NCBI GenBank assembly: GCA_951406725.2
Contig: OX597822.1
Location: 63,674,001 to 63,738,000, forward strand
DNA length: 64,000 bases
From: Octopus vulgaris
Taxonomy: Eukaryota
Reading direction: 5' to 3'
Below, in pieces: positions 52,822-64,000 of this stretch (positions are counted from its first letter, which is position 1; the number at the start of each line of letters is the position of its first letter). The translations under genes were made by a program, and so were the position numbers. The notes under the pieces were generated by a model. It saw nothing but the letters and a program-made list of their open reading frames with translations. It had not been told where the DNA came from and did no database searches.

Positions 52822-54701
52822 GTGTGTGTGTATCTGTTTGTTACCCACCACTGCTTGACAACAGGTGTTGGTGTGTTTATGTCCTCATAACAAAGCAGTT
52901 CAGCAAAAGAGACCGATAGAATAAGTACCAGGGTTGGCAAAAAGTTTAAGTCCTGGGGTCGATTCATTCGACTAAAAATTCTTCAATGTGTTGCCCCAGC
53001 ATGGCCACGGTCTAATGACTGCAACAAAGTTAAAGATAGCACACAAGTGGAACACCTTTGATCCTTTGACTGATCCCAGGGTTAAACAGCTGCCACAACA
53101 ACAACACCAACAACAACAGGGACACCCAAGAAATGTCTTTTGTTTAACACTTTAGTCAAAGTTCAGCTGGGTTCTTCTAAAAAATTTTCTCTTCCAGCTT
53201 TGTTTATTCAACAGAGACCCCCACTATCCAAAGTTGACATCAAGGCAACCAAACAACCAAACAACCATCCTGCCGGCTAACCAGCCACTTTGATTGTTGA
53301 TTTTATATAGTTTCTCATGTTTTGTACCCTTTGACATCTTTTCAAGATGGCTTAGGCACAAACAGTTTACTCTGAGTGTGTAAATGTGGATTAGAAAGTT
53401 AACGACCTCTTACCTGAAAATCAGTATGCTTTACTGATAAAGTACAAACACATACAAGCTTGCGTTTATACACACACTCATATATGAATTCACATACACA
53501 TGCATCACGAGTACACACATGTACAAGTCAATAGGGGAGCCTCTACATGATCACTTGAGCCACTAGAAATAGCAGTCAAATCTCTCTCAGATCACACCCT
53601 CCTGTTTTAAATGAGGATAAGATACATTATATACATTAAACTAGTTGAGGTGCATGGCTTAGTGGTTAGGGTGTTAGACTAATCATCGTAAGATTGTGGT
53701 TTCGATTCCCTGACTGGGCAATGTGTTGTGTTCTTGAGCAAAGCACTTTACTTCATGTTGCTCCAGTCCACTCAGCTGTAGAAATGAGTACCACTAGTGC
53801 TTAGTGTCAGGGTGTTGAATTCACAACTGTAAGATTGTGGTTTCAATCCCTGGACTTGGCAATCCATTGTGTTCTTGAGCAGAACACTTCATTTCATGTT
53901 GCTCCAGTCCAATCAACTGTAGAAATGAATTTATCCTGGAAAGGGATGGACTCTGTCATGCTTTCTCAACCTAGATATGCTGCGTAGCTGCAGCACCCCA
54001 AGGGGTTAAGGTACTTGTCCATTTAAACTGGCCATATCAGGCCCAAATAATTCTACCAGTTGTATGTTCAAACCAGCCAGATCTGGTCTGTCACACATAT
54101 TCTACAATGTCATTTTAAAAATAAACAACCACATCTTCAAAATCTTGCATTAGGAAGGGCATCCGTCTTCAAAAACCTTGTCAAAGCAGACACTGAAGCC
54201 TAGTGCAGTCTTCTGCTTAGCCAGTTCCTGTTAAGCCGTCCAACCCATGCCAGCATGGAAAGCAGATGTTAAATGATAATGATGATGATGATGATGGGAG
54301 AATAGTCTGAATGGTAAAGGGTTACAAAGACAGAATAACTGCTGCTACTGGAATGCCTTTGATCACAGGCTTCTTAGATCTGTGGTGACCTAGAACTAAA
54401 CAATTGCACTCCCTACATGTGCATATGCATGTGTGTACACATGTTTGCATACACGTGCATGCATATATGTGCACACACCTAACATAATTATCACACGTTC
54501 CTCACTTCTAACATACAACCTTAATCGCACTTTTGTTGTGCACACGTGTACACCACATATGCACTTCACCCATGCATACATGTGTTTACACACACACACA
54601 CATGAAAAAACACATACACATATATATGCAAGTAAACACAATGTGCACAATGCACATCCCCTGCCTGTAGCATACAATCTCAGTTTACATGCACAAACAC
54701 T

Positions 54702-54733
<32 letters not shown>

Positions 54734-54875
54734 TGCTTACTCATGCACATGTTTGCATACACATGTGCACACATGCACAAACACACTTCCCAGCAATGAT
54801 GTATAATGCAATGTCACTTTACATGCACACACACATACACATGCATATACACTCCGTCACACATACGCATGTATG

Positions 54876-54950
<75 letters not shown>

Positions 54951-55500
54951 TCATCATCATCATCATCATCATCGTTTAACGTCCGTTTTCCGCGCTAGCA
55001 CGGGTTGGACGGTTTCGACCGGGGTCTGGGGAGCTCGGGACTGCCCCAGGCTCCAGTCTAGTCTGGCAGTGTTTCTACAGCTGGATGCCCTTCCTAACGC
55101 CAACCACTCCGCGAGTGTAGTGGGTGTTTTTTTACGTGCCACCTGCACAGGTGCCAGAGGGGTCTGGCATCGGCCACGTTCGGATGGTGCTTTTATGTGG
55201 GGGGGGGGGCAGAAATATATAGGGGAGCACCAGTGGGGAGGGGTGGTTCAGAGAAATGATGACAGGTTCTAGGCAAGTAGAACGTAGGATATCAAGAGAG
55301 GGGTAATGCATGGTGAAATAGCGTATTGAAGAGGGGGGTTCAAGAGTAGACACCTATAATGGTGGTGGGAGAAGCGACATCCGGTATAGATGGAGCAAAA
55401 ATATAGAGATATCCGGTATTGGTGGTGGGGGTGGGCAAGGGCGGGTGCACCGGGAATATACGAAGGTTGAACTGACGGGCTGGCTTAGAAATGCTCTTAG

Positions 55501-55553
<53 letters not shown>

Positions 55554-56457
55554 CATATACACACTCACATACACATTTTCTGCCAATGGCAAACAGTATG
55601 ATCCTACTTCGCAAGCACATGCACGCATACACACACACACACACACACACATGCAAATAGACACATGCTTGCACATATTCATATTTACACACATACACAC
55701 ACACACTCATACACGCACACATGTAAATAGACACATGCTTGCACATATTATCACATATTCATGTTTACATACACAAACATACACACTACATGCACACACA
55801 AGCTCACTCGCTAACATCTATGTTTGCATATACATATATACACATATCTAAACACAAATACGTACACATATATGCACACATGCACAGAAGCATTCACACA
55901 TTCACACCTATACGATGGACACTTCGATCATAGATGACAGGCGAGGGTTCTTCTATTTGTGCTGTACATCAATTCAAGATTGCCTGTACGTATACAAGAT
56001 GTGCCACATGTCATATGTTGAAGTGATTACAGAGCGAACACATAGACAGACTTACACACACACACACACACACACATGGCTCAGTGGTTAGAGTGTCGAG
56101 CTTGCAATCATGAGGCAGTGAGTTCAATTCCTGGATTGGGCTCTGTGTTGTGTTCTTGAGCAAGACACTTTATTTCACGTGGCTCCAGTTCACTCAGCTG
56201 TAGAAATGAGTTGCGACATCACTGATGCCAAGCTGTATCGACCTTTGCCTTTCCTTTGGATAACATCAGTGGCATGGGGAGGGGAGGCTGGTACGCATGG
56301 GAAACTGCTGGTCTTCCATAAACAACCTTGTCCAGACTTGTGTCTTGGAGGGTAACTTTCTAGGTGCAACATCCCATGATCATTTATGACCGAAGGCGGT
56401 CTTTACCCTTTTACACTCACACACTTACAAACGTGCCAAGTTCACAGAGAGAGACAG

Positions 56458-56526
<69 letters not shown>

Positions 56527-56853
56527 CAGACAGACAAATATATGTATATTGTCTGCAGAGTTGTTCATTGCATTAGTTTTGGTGTAGGAAGTGGTTATAT
56601 CCCCAAAGTTTGTACGTTGACTGAATACAACAATTATTTTCATTTGCTTAACCCTTTTACTGTGGAAATCAGGTATATCCATTGAAAATTTCATGACCCT
56701 TAAATGCAGAAAGCAGTTTTATATATAATCTATCTTTTATTGAGGAATGTCATGTTCTAAACATTTTTTTTTTTTTTGAGATATGTGAAGTTTGTCAAGA
56801 GAATGTGACTTGCAGAAACGACCAGTTCCAGTTTTTGGCAGATGTATACATAC

Positions 56854-56903
<50 letters not shown>

Positions 56904-57036
56904 CATCATTACTGGAATAACCATGAAATTTAATTTTGCAGTTAAAAGATGAAAAAAAGTAATCTTCAATTATGCTTTTTCTCTTTCTGTTTAATTAATT
57001 AATTAATGAAATAATTAATTCGTTTATTTTCATCAG

Positions 57037-57107
57037 GCTCCTGTGAAGAAAAAATCTGGCCGGTTTGATTATGACAGTTCATTAACATCTACAAAGGCAA
57101 TCAAAAA
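57037..57107 (+). CDS. FAM214A: ATOS/FAM214 homologue, coding exon 6 (71 bp, not in the ORF track)
   Basis: catcag acceptor and gtaagc donor. Encodes APVKKKSGRFDYDSSLTSTKAIK (cf. recalled VPQRKTQSGCFDLDSSL). Phase 0 to 2. Confidence 0.85.
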
Positions 57108-57244
57108 GTAAGCTTGCAATCTTATATTTATCTTAAGTCCCAGTTATTCACACCGTTTTATTTTCAGAATGTGAACAGTTAACTGGAACAAGGCTACTTG
57201 TCTGGTTTGCTTGTTTGTTATAGCAAAATAATGCTTAATACTTA

Positions 57245-58335
57245 TGGCAGTGAGTTGGCTGAGATGTTAGCACACCTGGCGAAATGCTTAGCAGTATTCC
57301 GTCTGCATTTACGTTCTGAGTTGAAATTCCGCTGAGGTCGACTTTGCCTTTCATCCTTTCAGGGTCGATAAATTAAGTACTAGTTGCACACTGGGGTTGA
57401 TCTAATTGACTGGCCCCCCTCCCCCCAAATTTCGAACCTTCTGCCTTGAGTAGAAAAGAATATACATATATCTTAAGGTGGTGAACTGGCAGAAACATTT
57501 GCATGCCAGGTGAAATGCTTAGCAGTATTTCTTCTGTCTTTACATTCTGAGTTCAAATTCTACCGAGGTTGACTTTGCTTTTCATCCTTTTGGGGTCGAT
57601 TAAATAAGTACCAGTTACGCACTGGGGTCGATATAATCGACTTAATCCGTTTATCTCTCCTTGTTTGTCCCCTCTATGTTTAGCCCCTTGTGGGCAGTAA
57701 AGAAATAAGAAACATTTGCATGCCAGGTGAAATGCTTAGCAGTATTTCTTCTGTCTTTACATTCTGAGTTCAAATTCTACCGAGGTTGACTTTGCTTTTC
57801 ATCCTTTTGGGGTCGATTAAATAAGTACCAGTTACGCACTGGGGTCGATATAATCGACTTAATCCGTTTATCTCTCCTTGTTTGTCCCCTCTATGTTTAG
57901 CCCCTTGTGGGCAGTAAAGAAATAAGAAACATTTGCATGCCAGGTGAAATGCTTAGCAGTATTTCTTCTGTCTTTACATTCTGAGTTCAAATTCTACCGA
58001 GGTTGACTTTGCTTTTCATCCTTTTGGGGTCGATTAAATAAGTACCAGTTACGCACTGGGGTCGATATAATCGACTTAATCCGTTTGTCACTCCTTGTTT
58101 GTCCCCTCTATGTTTAGCCCCTTGTGGGCAGTAAAGAAATAAGAAACGTTAGCATGCTGGGTGAAATGCTTAGTATTTCGTCTGTCTTTACATTCTGAGT
58201 TCAAATTCCACTGAGGTCGACTTTGCCTTTCATCCTTTTGGGGGTCAAAGTACCAGTTGCATACTGGGGTTGATCTAATTGACTGGCCCCCCCATCTCAA
58301 AAATTTTGGGCCTTGTGCCTAGAGTAGAAAAGAAT
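57245..58335 (+). mobile_element. Tandem array of SINE family B
   Basis: Five units sharing GAGTTCAAATTC (box B) and GC(C/T)TTTCATCCTTT.GGGGTCGAT..A.TAAGTAC, a central domain resembling the Meta/MESC domain as recalled. Other approximate copies: 1-130(+), 130-325(-), 2092-2245(-), 27033-27210(+), 36275-36485(-), 41393-41565(-), 48218-48445(+), 61353-61527(-), 62737-62870(-). Confidence 0.8.
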
Positions 58336-59983
58336 AATGTTTAATACTCTAACAACTTCAGATCTTTGTTGATGTTTTGGCCTCTGCTGTTGTTGTTGTT
58401 GTTACTGTTGTTGGTGGTGGTGTTAGTGTTTATTTATTCTATAATTTAGTTTAGGGAAGAAAGAGTTCTCTTCATACACTTTCCAAACTCTCACAAGGAT
58501 AAACTGGCACTGTGTCGATTATGACCATCAGTATTCCAATTGATCCGATCAATAAAACAATCTGGTTCGTGGAATTAATATGAAAGTGGCTGGGTACTCC
58601 ACATACATGCGTACCCTTAACATAAGTCTTGGAGATTCAGCATGACACAGAATATGAAAAGGCCAACCCTTTGAATTACAGATGTGGCTTATTTCTTGCC
58701 AGCCAAGTGGACTGGAGCAACAAAAAATAACTGGCACTCTGCTGGTTACGGCAATGAGTGTTCTGGTATAAGTGGCTGAGTACTCCACAGACATGTGTAC
58801 TTGTAACATAGTTCTCAGGGATATTCAACGTCACACGCAATGTGATAAGGCCAGCCCTTTGAATTACAGGTACAACTATTTTTTGCCTGCTTAGTGAACT
58901 GGAGCAATGTGAAATAAAGTGTCTTGCTCAAGGACACAACATGCAGTGGTTGGGAATTGAACTCACGACCTTACGACCATGAGCCAAATATCCTGATCAC
59001 TAAGCCATATGTCTTCATTCTCATAAGACGATGGTTTGATGAGTGCGGCAATATGAATGGTTAAGCTTTTATTTGATGTTGTTTTTGTTCTTCTTAAATA
59101 AAAGTTGCTGACAAGGTCAGGGGATGGTGGTGGTATGGAATGTATTCTCACATTATTGGGCAAAGTACGTTTGTGTGGGATGGGGTGTAGGAATAGGGAT
59201 ATAGAGGCAGACGAGAAGCAGAAGAAAAAAGGGAAGAAGAAAGGCAGGAGAAATAAGTGGCTTCAATTGGATGCAGTTAGCAAGTTCATAGGAGCAGTGA
59301 CCATTGTTGCAGTGTTAGAACAGATAGTGAGTGGACACAGATTGCTGATGAGCAAGAGATTGAAAAAGGATGCAGAAGATAGCTCTGGGAATAAAGAGTT
59401 TAATACATAGGTACAGACATAGCTGTGTGGTTAAGAAGCTCTCTTTGCAACTACAGGGTTTTAGGTTCAGTTCCATGATGTGATGCCTTGGGTAAGTGAA
59501 TTTGGAAGATGTAAACTGAAAGCCCATCGTGTGTGTATATGTGTTCGCCCACCACCACCACTTGACAACTGGTGTTGGTTTGTTTACATCCCTGTAATTC
59601 AGTGGTGTGGCAAAAGAGACCAGTAGAATAAGGAGCAGTATAGTCAATACAATGTGATGGATTCAGATGAGTCGTGTTGTGATATCTGTTCATGGCTTTT
59701 TGCATTCTGAGTTCAAATTCAGCCTCCTAACACTGGCATTATCAATATGAAAAAAACTAGTAGACTCTGTGCCGTACCATGATAAAAGTTATAACAGAAA
59801 AAAAAAAAAGAGGCCTGACAAACTTCACGTAGCTAATGACCATCCTGACATGCATATCAGGTTCCTTGCAGCCTAACGAGATTAATGTAGCTGACAACCA
59901 TCCTGACATACATGTCAGGATGAAGAGTGAGTTCTACTGAAGGCATCTAAAGGTATGGTGTGAAACTGTGTGATGTATTAGGC

Positions 59984-60211
59984 TTAAACCTTTAGTGCTT
60001 AAACCGGCCATATCCGGCCAAAATATTCTACCTATTTTATGTTCAAACTAGTCAGATATAGTCATTCATAGCTATCTTATAGTGTCATTTCAAAAATAAA
60101 CAATCACATCATTGAAATCTCAAAGCCATGAAATGATGCAAGATTAATTTTACATGGTGTGAATACATAAGCTTTACATTTTACAGAATAATCTGAATGC
60201 TAGAGGGTTAA
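59984..60211. mobile_element. piggyBac-like MITE (TTAA-flanked)
   Basis: TTAA-ACCTTTAG...GAATGCTAGAGGG-TTAA. Interrupted or partial copies lie at about 44897-45358, 54005-54322, 61183-61578 and 33700-33779. Confidence 0.65.
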
Positions 60212-60698
60212 ACCTTTTTTTCCTTCGCCCAATAAAATGAATCCACCATTAGGTGTCTAATTTGCAGAAAAGTGCAAAATTTAAATAAATGCTAGATGAT
60301 AATTTTATATTTTATGTGGGGCTGTAGACTGGGGTTTGTCGGAAACCTGCCAAACACCATTGTTTACATGTGAGAATGTAGTGGCAGAATAGACATCAGA
60401 TAGAACACAACTTAATGCTGCAAAGTATTTGAAAAATAATGATGAAATAGATATTTACTTGTTGATTACATTTGATATTTTATTTATTGCTGTTCTCTAA
60501 AATTTGTATCTGTACAGATTTTTAATTTGTTTTTTTTGTATTACTGTTGTTTGTATATATGAAAGATATTCATCATGTTGAGAAAAACATTTCTGTAGGG
60601 AAAAAAAAAACATTTTTGGTTACTAAATACTAGTGAACCACTGTACGGTTGAAATTACGTTTACCATCATTCTATCAGTATATTGTATTCCTTGGCGA

Positions 60699-60753
<55 letters not shown>

Positions 60754-61656
60754 ACCCAACTATCTAGCTTAATCAATCTAGCTGGAAAAAAATCAATAAC
60801 TACTTAAACTTCTTACTTGAATGTTTATTGATAGGAAAGTCTAACTATTGAAAGAGGACACACATACACACAGATACAATGCACACACCCACACACACTG
60901 ACACACACATCTCCAACAATTTCAACGCAGCACTTCATTTGAAATTTGAAACACTCTATTGATCAAAAGATGTTACCAAACTGAGCAATCTGTTTGATCA
61001 CAGTTATAGAACAGATAAATTGAGAACAGATAAATTGATAGCGTTGCCCCTCATCCAATACCATTACACATGCGTATAAGCACACGTACATTTCTAACAT
61101 TTAATATGTGAGATGTGAGTGCCCAAGTGGATGCACTTGTGGTGAAAGTGTCAAGAGATGAGTCATTATTTAAATATTAAATCTTAACCCTGCAGAATAA
61201 TTACACCTGTTACATGTGGCCTTAATCTACTACCAGTTTTATGTTCAAAATGGTCAGATCTGTCCTCTCACACTTACCTTACAATGTCATCCTAAAAATA
61301 AACAATCACGTCATCAAAATCTTAAAGCTACGAAATAATGGTTTCAAAGTTTGGCACAAGGCCAGCAATTTTGGGCGAAGGAGTGAGTCAATTACATTGG
61401 CTCCAGAGCTTTACTGCTTATTTATTTTATTGTTCCTGGAAAAAATGAAAAGCAAAGTCGACCTCAGTGGAATTTGAACTTGGAATGTAAAGATGGACGA
61501 AATGCTGCTAAGCATTTTGCTTGGCATGAATAAACAAGCATTACATTTAACAACGTAATTTGAATGCTAAGGGGTTAAGATGTGAGTGCAATATTTGCTG
61601 CAAGCTGCACATGCACACATGCATGTGTGCACAAACATAAAATGCATGTTTTAATT

Positions 61657-62062
61657 TACTCTTTTACTTGTTTCAGTCATTTGACTGTGGCCATGCTGGA
61701 GCACCGCCTTCAGTCGAGCAAATCGACCCCAGGACTTATTCTTTGTAAGCCTAGTACTTATTCTATCGGTCTCTTTTGCCAAACTGCTAAATTACTGGGA
61801 CGTAAACACACCAGCATCGGTTGTCAAGTGATGTTGGTGGGGACAAACACAGACACACAAACATATACACACACATACACATATATATACATATATATGA
61901 TGGGCTTCTTTCAGTTTCTGTCTACTGATTCCACTCGCAAGGCTTTGGTTGGCCTGAGGCTATAGTAGAAGACACTTGCCCAAGGTGCCACGCAGTGAGA
62001 CTGAACCAGGAACCATGTGGTTTGTAAGCAAGCTACTTACCACACAGCCACTTCTACGCCTC
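61657..62062 (-). mobile_element. SINE family A copy
   Basis: Reverse complement of family A. Confidence 0.85.
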
Positions 62063-62225
62063 CTAGAATTTGTAAAACTTACCGAATTACATACCTTTGA
62101 GTTCAGTCCCACTGTGTGGCAACTTTGCCGAGTGTCTTCTTCTACGGTAGATCCAGGTCAACCAAAGTCTTCAGAGTAGATTTGGTGGACAGAAACTGAA
62201 AGAAGCCCCTTGTATATGTATATAT

Positions 62226-62630
62226 AGGGAGAGAGAAAGAGAGAGAGGAGGAGGAAGAGGAAGAGAAGGGGAGAAAGAAAGAAGGATGGGGAGAAAGAGA
62301 GAGAGAAGAGGAGAAAAAAGGAGAGTAGGAGAGAGAGAAAGAGAGAGAAAGAAAGAGAGAAAGAGATAGAAGGGAAGAAAGAAAGATAAGAAGGGAGAGT
62401 GAGAGAGAAGGGGAGAAAGAGAGGAGGGGAGAGAAAGAGAAGGAGAGAAAGAAAGAGAGAAAGGGAGAGGAAGAGAAGAGGAGAAAGAGAGAGAAGGGGA
62501 GAAAGAAAGAGGAGAAAGAGTGAGAGAAGGAAAGAGAGAGAGAAGTGGAGAAAAAAAGAGAGGAAGGAAGAGTGAGAGAGAAGGGGAAAAAGAGAGGAGG
62601 GGATAGAGAAGAAGAGAAAGAGAGAGAGAG
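62226..62630. repeat. Polypurine (GA-rich) tract of about 400 bp
   Basis: Almost exclusively A/G on the + strand. Confidence 0.95.
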
Positions 62631-62894
62631 CAGCTTTAGGTACAAAATCCTGTTATTCCTTGATGTCTCTGGTTGAGACATGTGTACAACTTGTATAAAT
62701 TAAAGCAAAACCCAAAGCATAATAACTCTCTGCTATAGGCACAAGGCCTGAAATTTTGGGGAGATGGGGTTAGTCAATTACACCCACTTCATTACTTGAC
62801 TGGTACCTACTTTATTGACCCCCGAAAGGATGAAAGGCAAACTTGAACTTGGCAGAATTTGAACTCAGAACATAATGAGCCAAAAGAAATATTG

Positions 62895-63278
62895 GGTGCA
62901 GGAGTGGCTGTGTGGTAAGTAGCTCGCATACCAACCACATGGTCTCAGGTTCAGTCCCACTGTGTGGCACCTTGGGCAAGTGTCTTCTACTATAACTTTG
63001 GGCCGACCAAAGCCTTGAGAGTGGATTTGGCAGATGGAAACTGGAAGAAGCCCGTTGTATATGTATGTGTGTATATGTTTGTGTGTCTGTTTGTCCCCAC
63101 CAACATCACTTGAGAACTGATGGTGGTGTGTTTATGTCCCTGTAACTTAGCGGCTTGGTAAAAGAGACCAATAGAATAAGTACTAGGCTTACAAAGAATA
63201 AGTCCTGGGGTTGATTTGTTCGACTTAAGGTGGTGCTCCAGCATGGCCACAGTTAAATGACTGAAACAAGTAATAGAG
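62895..63278 (+). mobile_element. SINE family A copy
   Basis: Full-length family A copy about 170 bp upstream of exon 7. Confidence 0.85.
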
Positions 63279-63446
63279 TATGCATTTGTCCAACAAGCTA
63301 ATGACTCTGCTTGCTTGCCACCTTAAAACATAATAATAATGATATATAAATAAATTGAAAAATCTAAAAAATAATTAATCATAACATATATAGCACTGCT
63401 TTTTTATGTTTTTTATTAAATTTTTCTTTCTTTCTTTTTTTACCAG

Positions 63447-63576
63447 TGCCTTGTCTTGCTCCAAATTAGTGGTAAAGTCTAGCTCCTGTGATGAAATAGA
63501 TAATAAAGAAAACAACCAAAAAACATTCAGCACCAGTGCACCAGCATCAACTAACTGTCTCCTAGGCAACTTTGAA
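63447..63576 (+). CDS. FAM214A: ATOS/FAM214 homologue, coding exon 7 (130 bp); gene continues past the window end
   Basis: Long pyrimidine tract plus accag acceptor, gtaagt donor. Encodes ALSCSKL...FSTSAPASTNCLLGNFE, the start of the conserved S-x-SAP...LLGNFEES (DUF4210) motif. Phase 2 to 0. Confidence 0.9.
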
Positions 63577-64000
63577 GTAAGTTTCAATCTTTCTTAAATA
63601 TAGTCTTCATTATATTGGTATCTAATTTTATGAACTTGTGGAATTATATATATATAAAAAAAGGCAGATTGGCAGGATCAATAGTGTTGGATAGAATGCC
63701 TTGTATGTTGTTATATATATCTATATGCCTTGTATGTTGTTATATATATATATATATATCATCATCATCATCATCGTTTAGCGTCCGTTTTCCATGCTAG
63801 CATGGGTTGGACGGTTCTACTGGGGTCTGTGAAGCCAGAAGGCTTCATCAGGCCCAGTCAAATCTGGCAGTGTTTCTACGGCTGGATGCCCTTCCTAACG
63901 CCAACCACTCCGTGAGTGTAGTGGATGCTTTTTACGTGCCACCCGCACTGGTGCCAGACAGAGCTGGCAAACGGCCACGAACGGATGGTGCTTTTTATGT

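Noticed and set aside
55196-55500. GC-richer purine-rich insert between an RTE fragment and (TA)n
   Set aside because: Probably a retroelement fragment, but no diagnostic protein or RNA motif could be recognised.
59899-59922. 11-bp-arm palindrome CATCCTGACAT-AC-ATGTCAGGATG in a short duplicated unit
   Set aside because: Too short and isolated to support a functional call.
62142-62681. 179-aa S/L/F-rich minus-strand ORF
   Set aside because: Translation of the polypurine/polypyrimidine tract.

Overview
AT-rich, microsatellite- and SINE-dense animal genomic DNA, most likely an Octopus species judging by its repeat families. One protein-coding gene can be reconstructed on the + strand: an ATOS/FAM214 (Atossa) homologue. 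Seven coding exons (18503-63576) have canonical GT-AG sites and consistent phases, give about 815 aa from the ATG at 18517, and the gene continues beyond the window. Almost all other ORFs in the track are translations of microsatellites or SINEs. The introns hold several tRNA-derived SINE families, RTE-LINE 3' ends, CR1 and HERO-like LINE remnants, mariner/hAT/piggyBac-like MITEs, minisatellites and foldback repeats. The most notable non-gene signal is a set of about nine type I hammerhead ribozyme motifs from at least five unrelated small element families. These include a SINE-like element built as tRNA head + (AAT)n + hammerhead. Intact cores occur only antisense to the host gene, while every sense-strand copy is damaged. 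Family names come from recalled consensus sequences, not from database searches.
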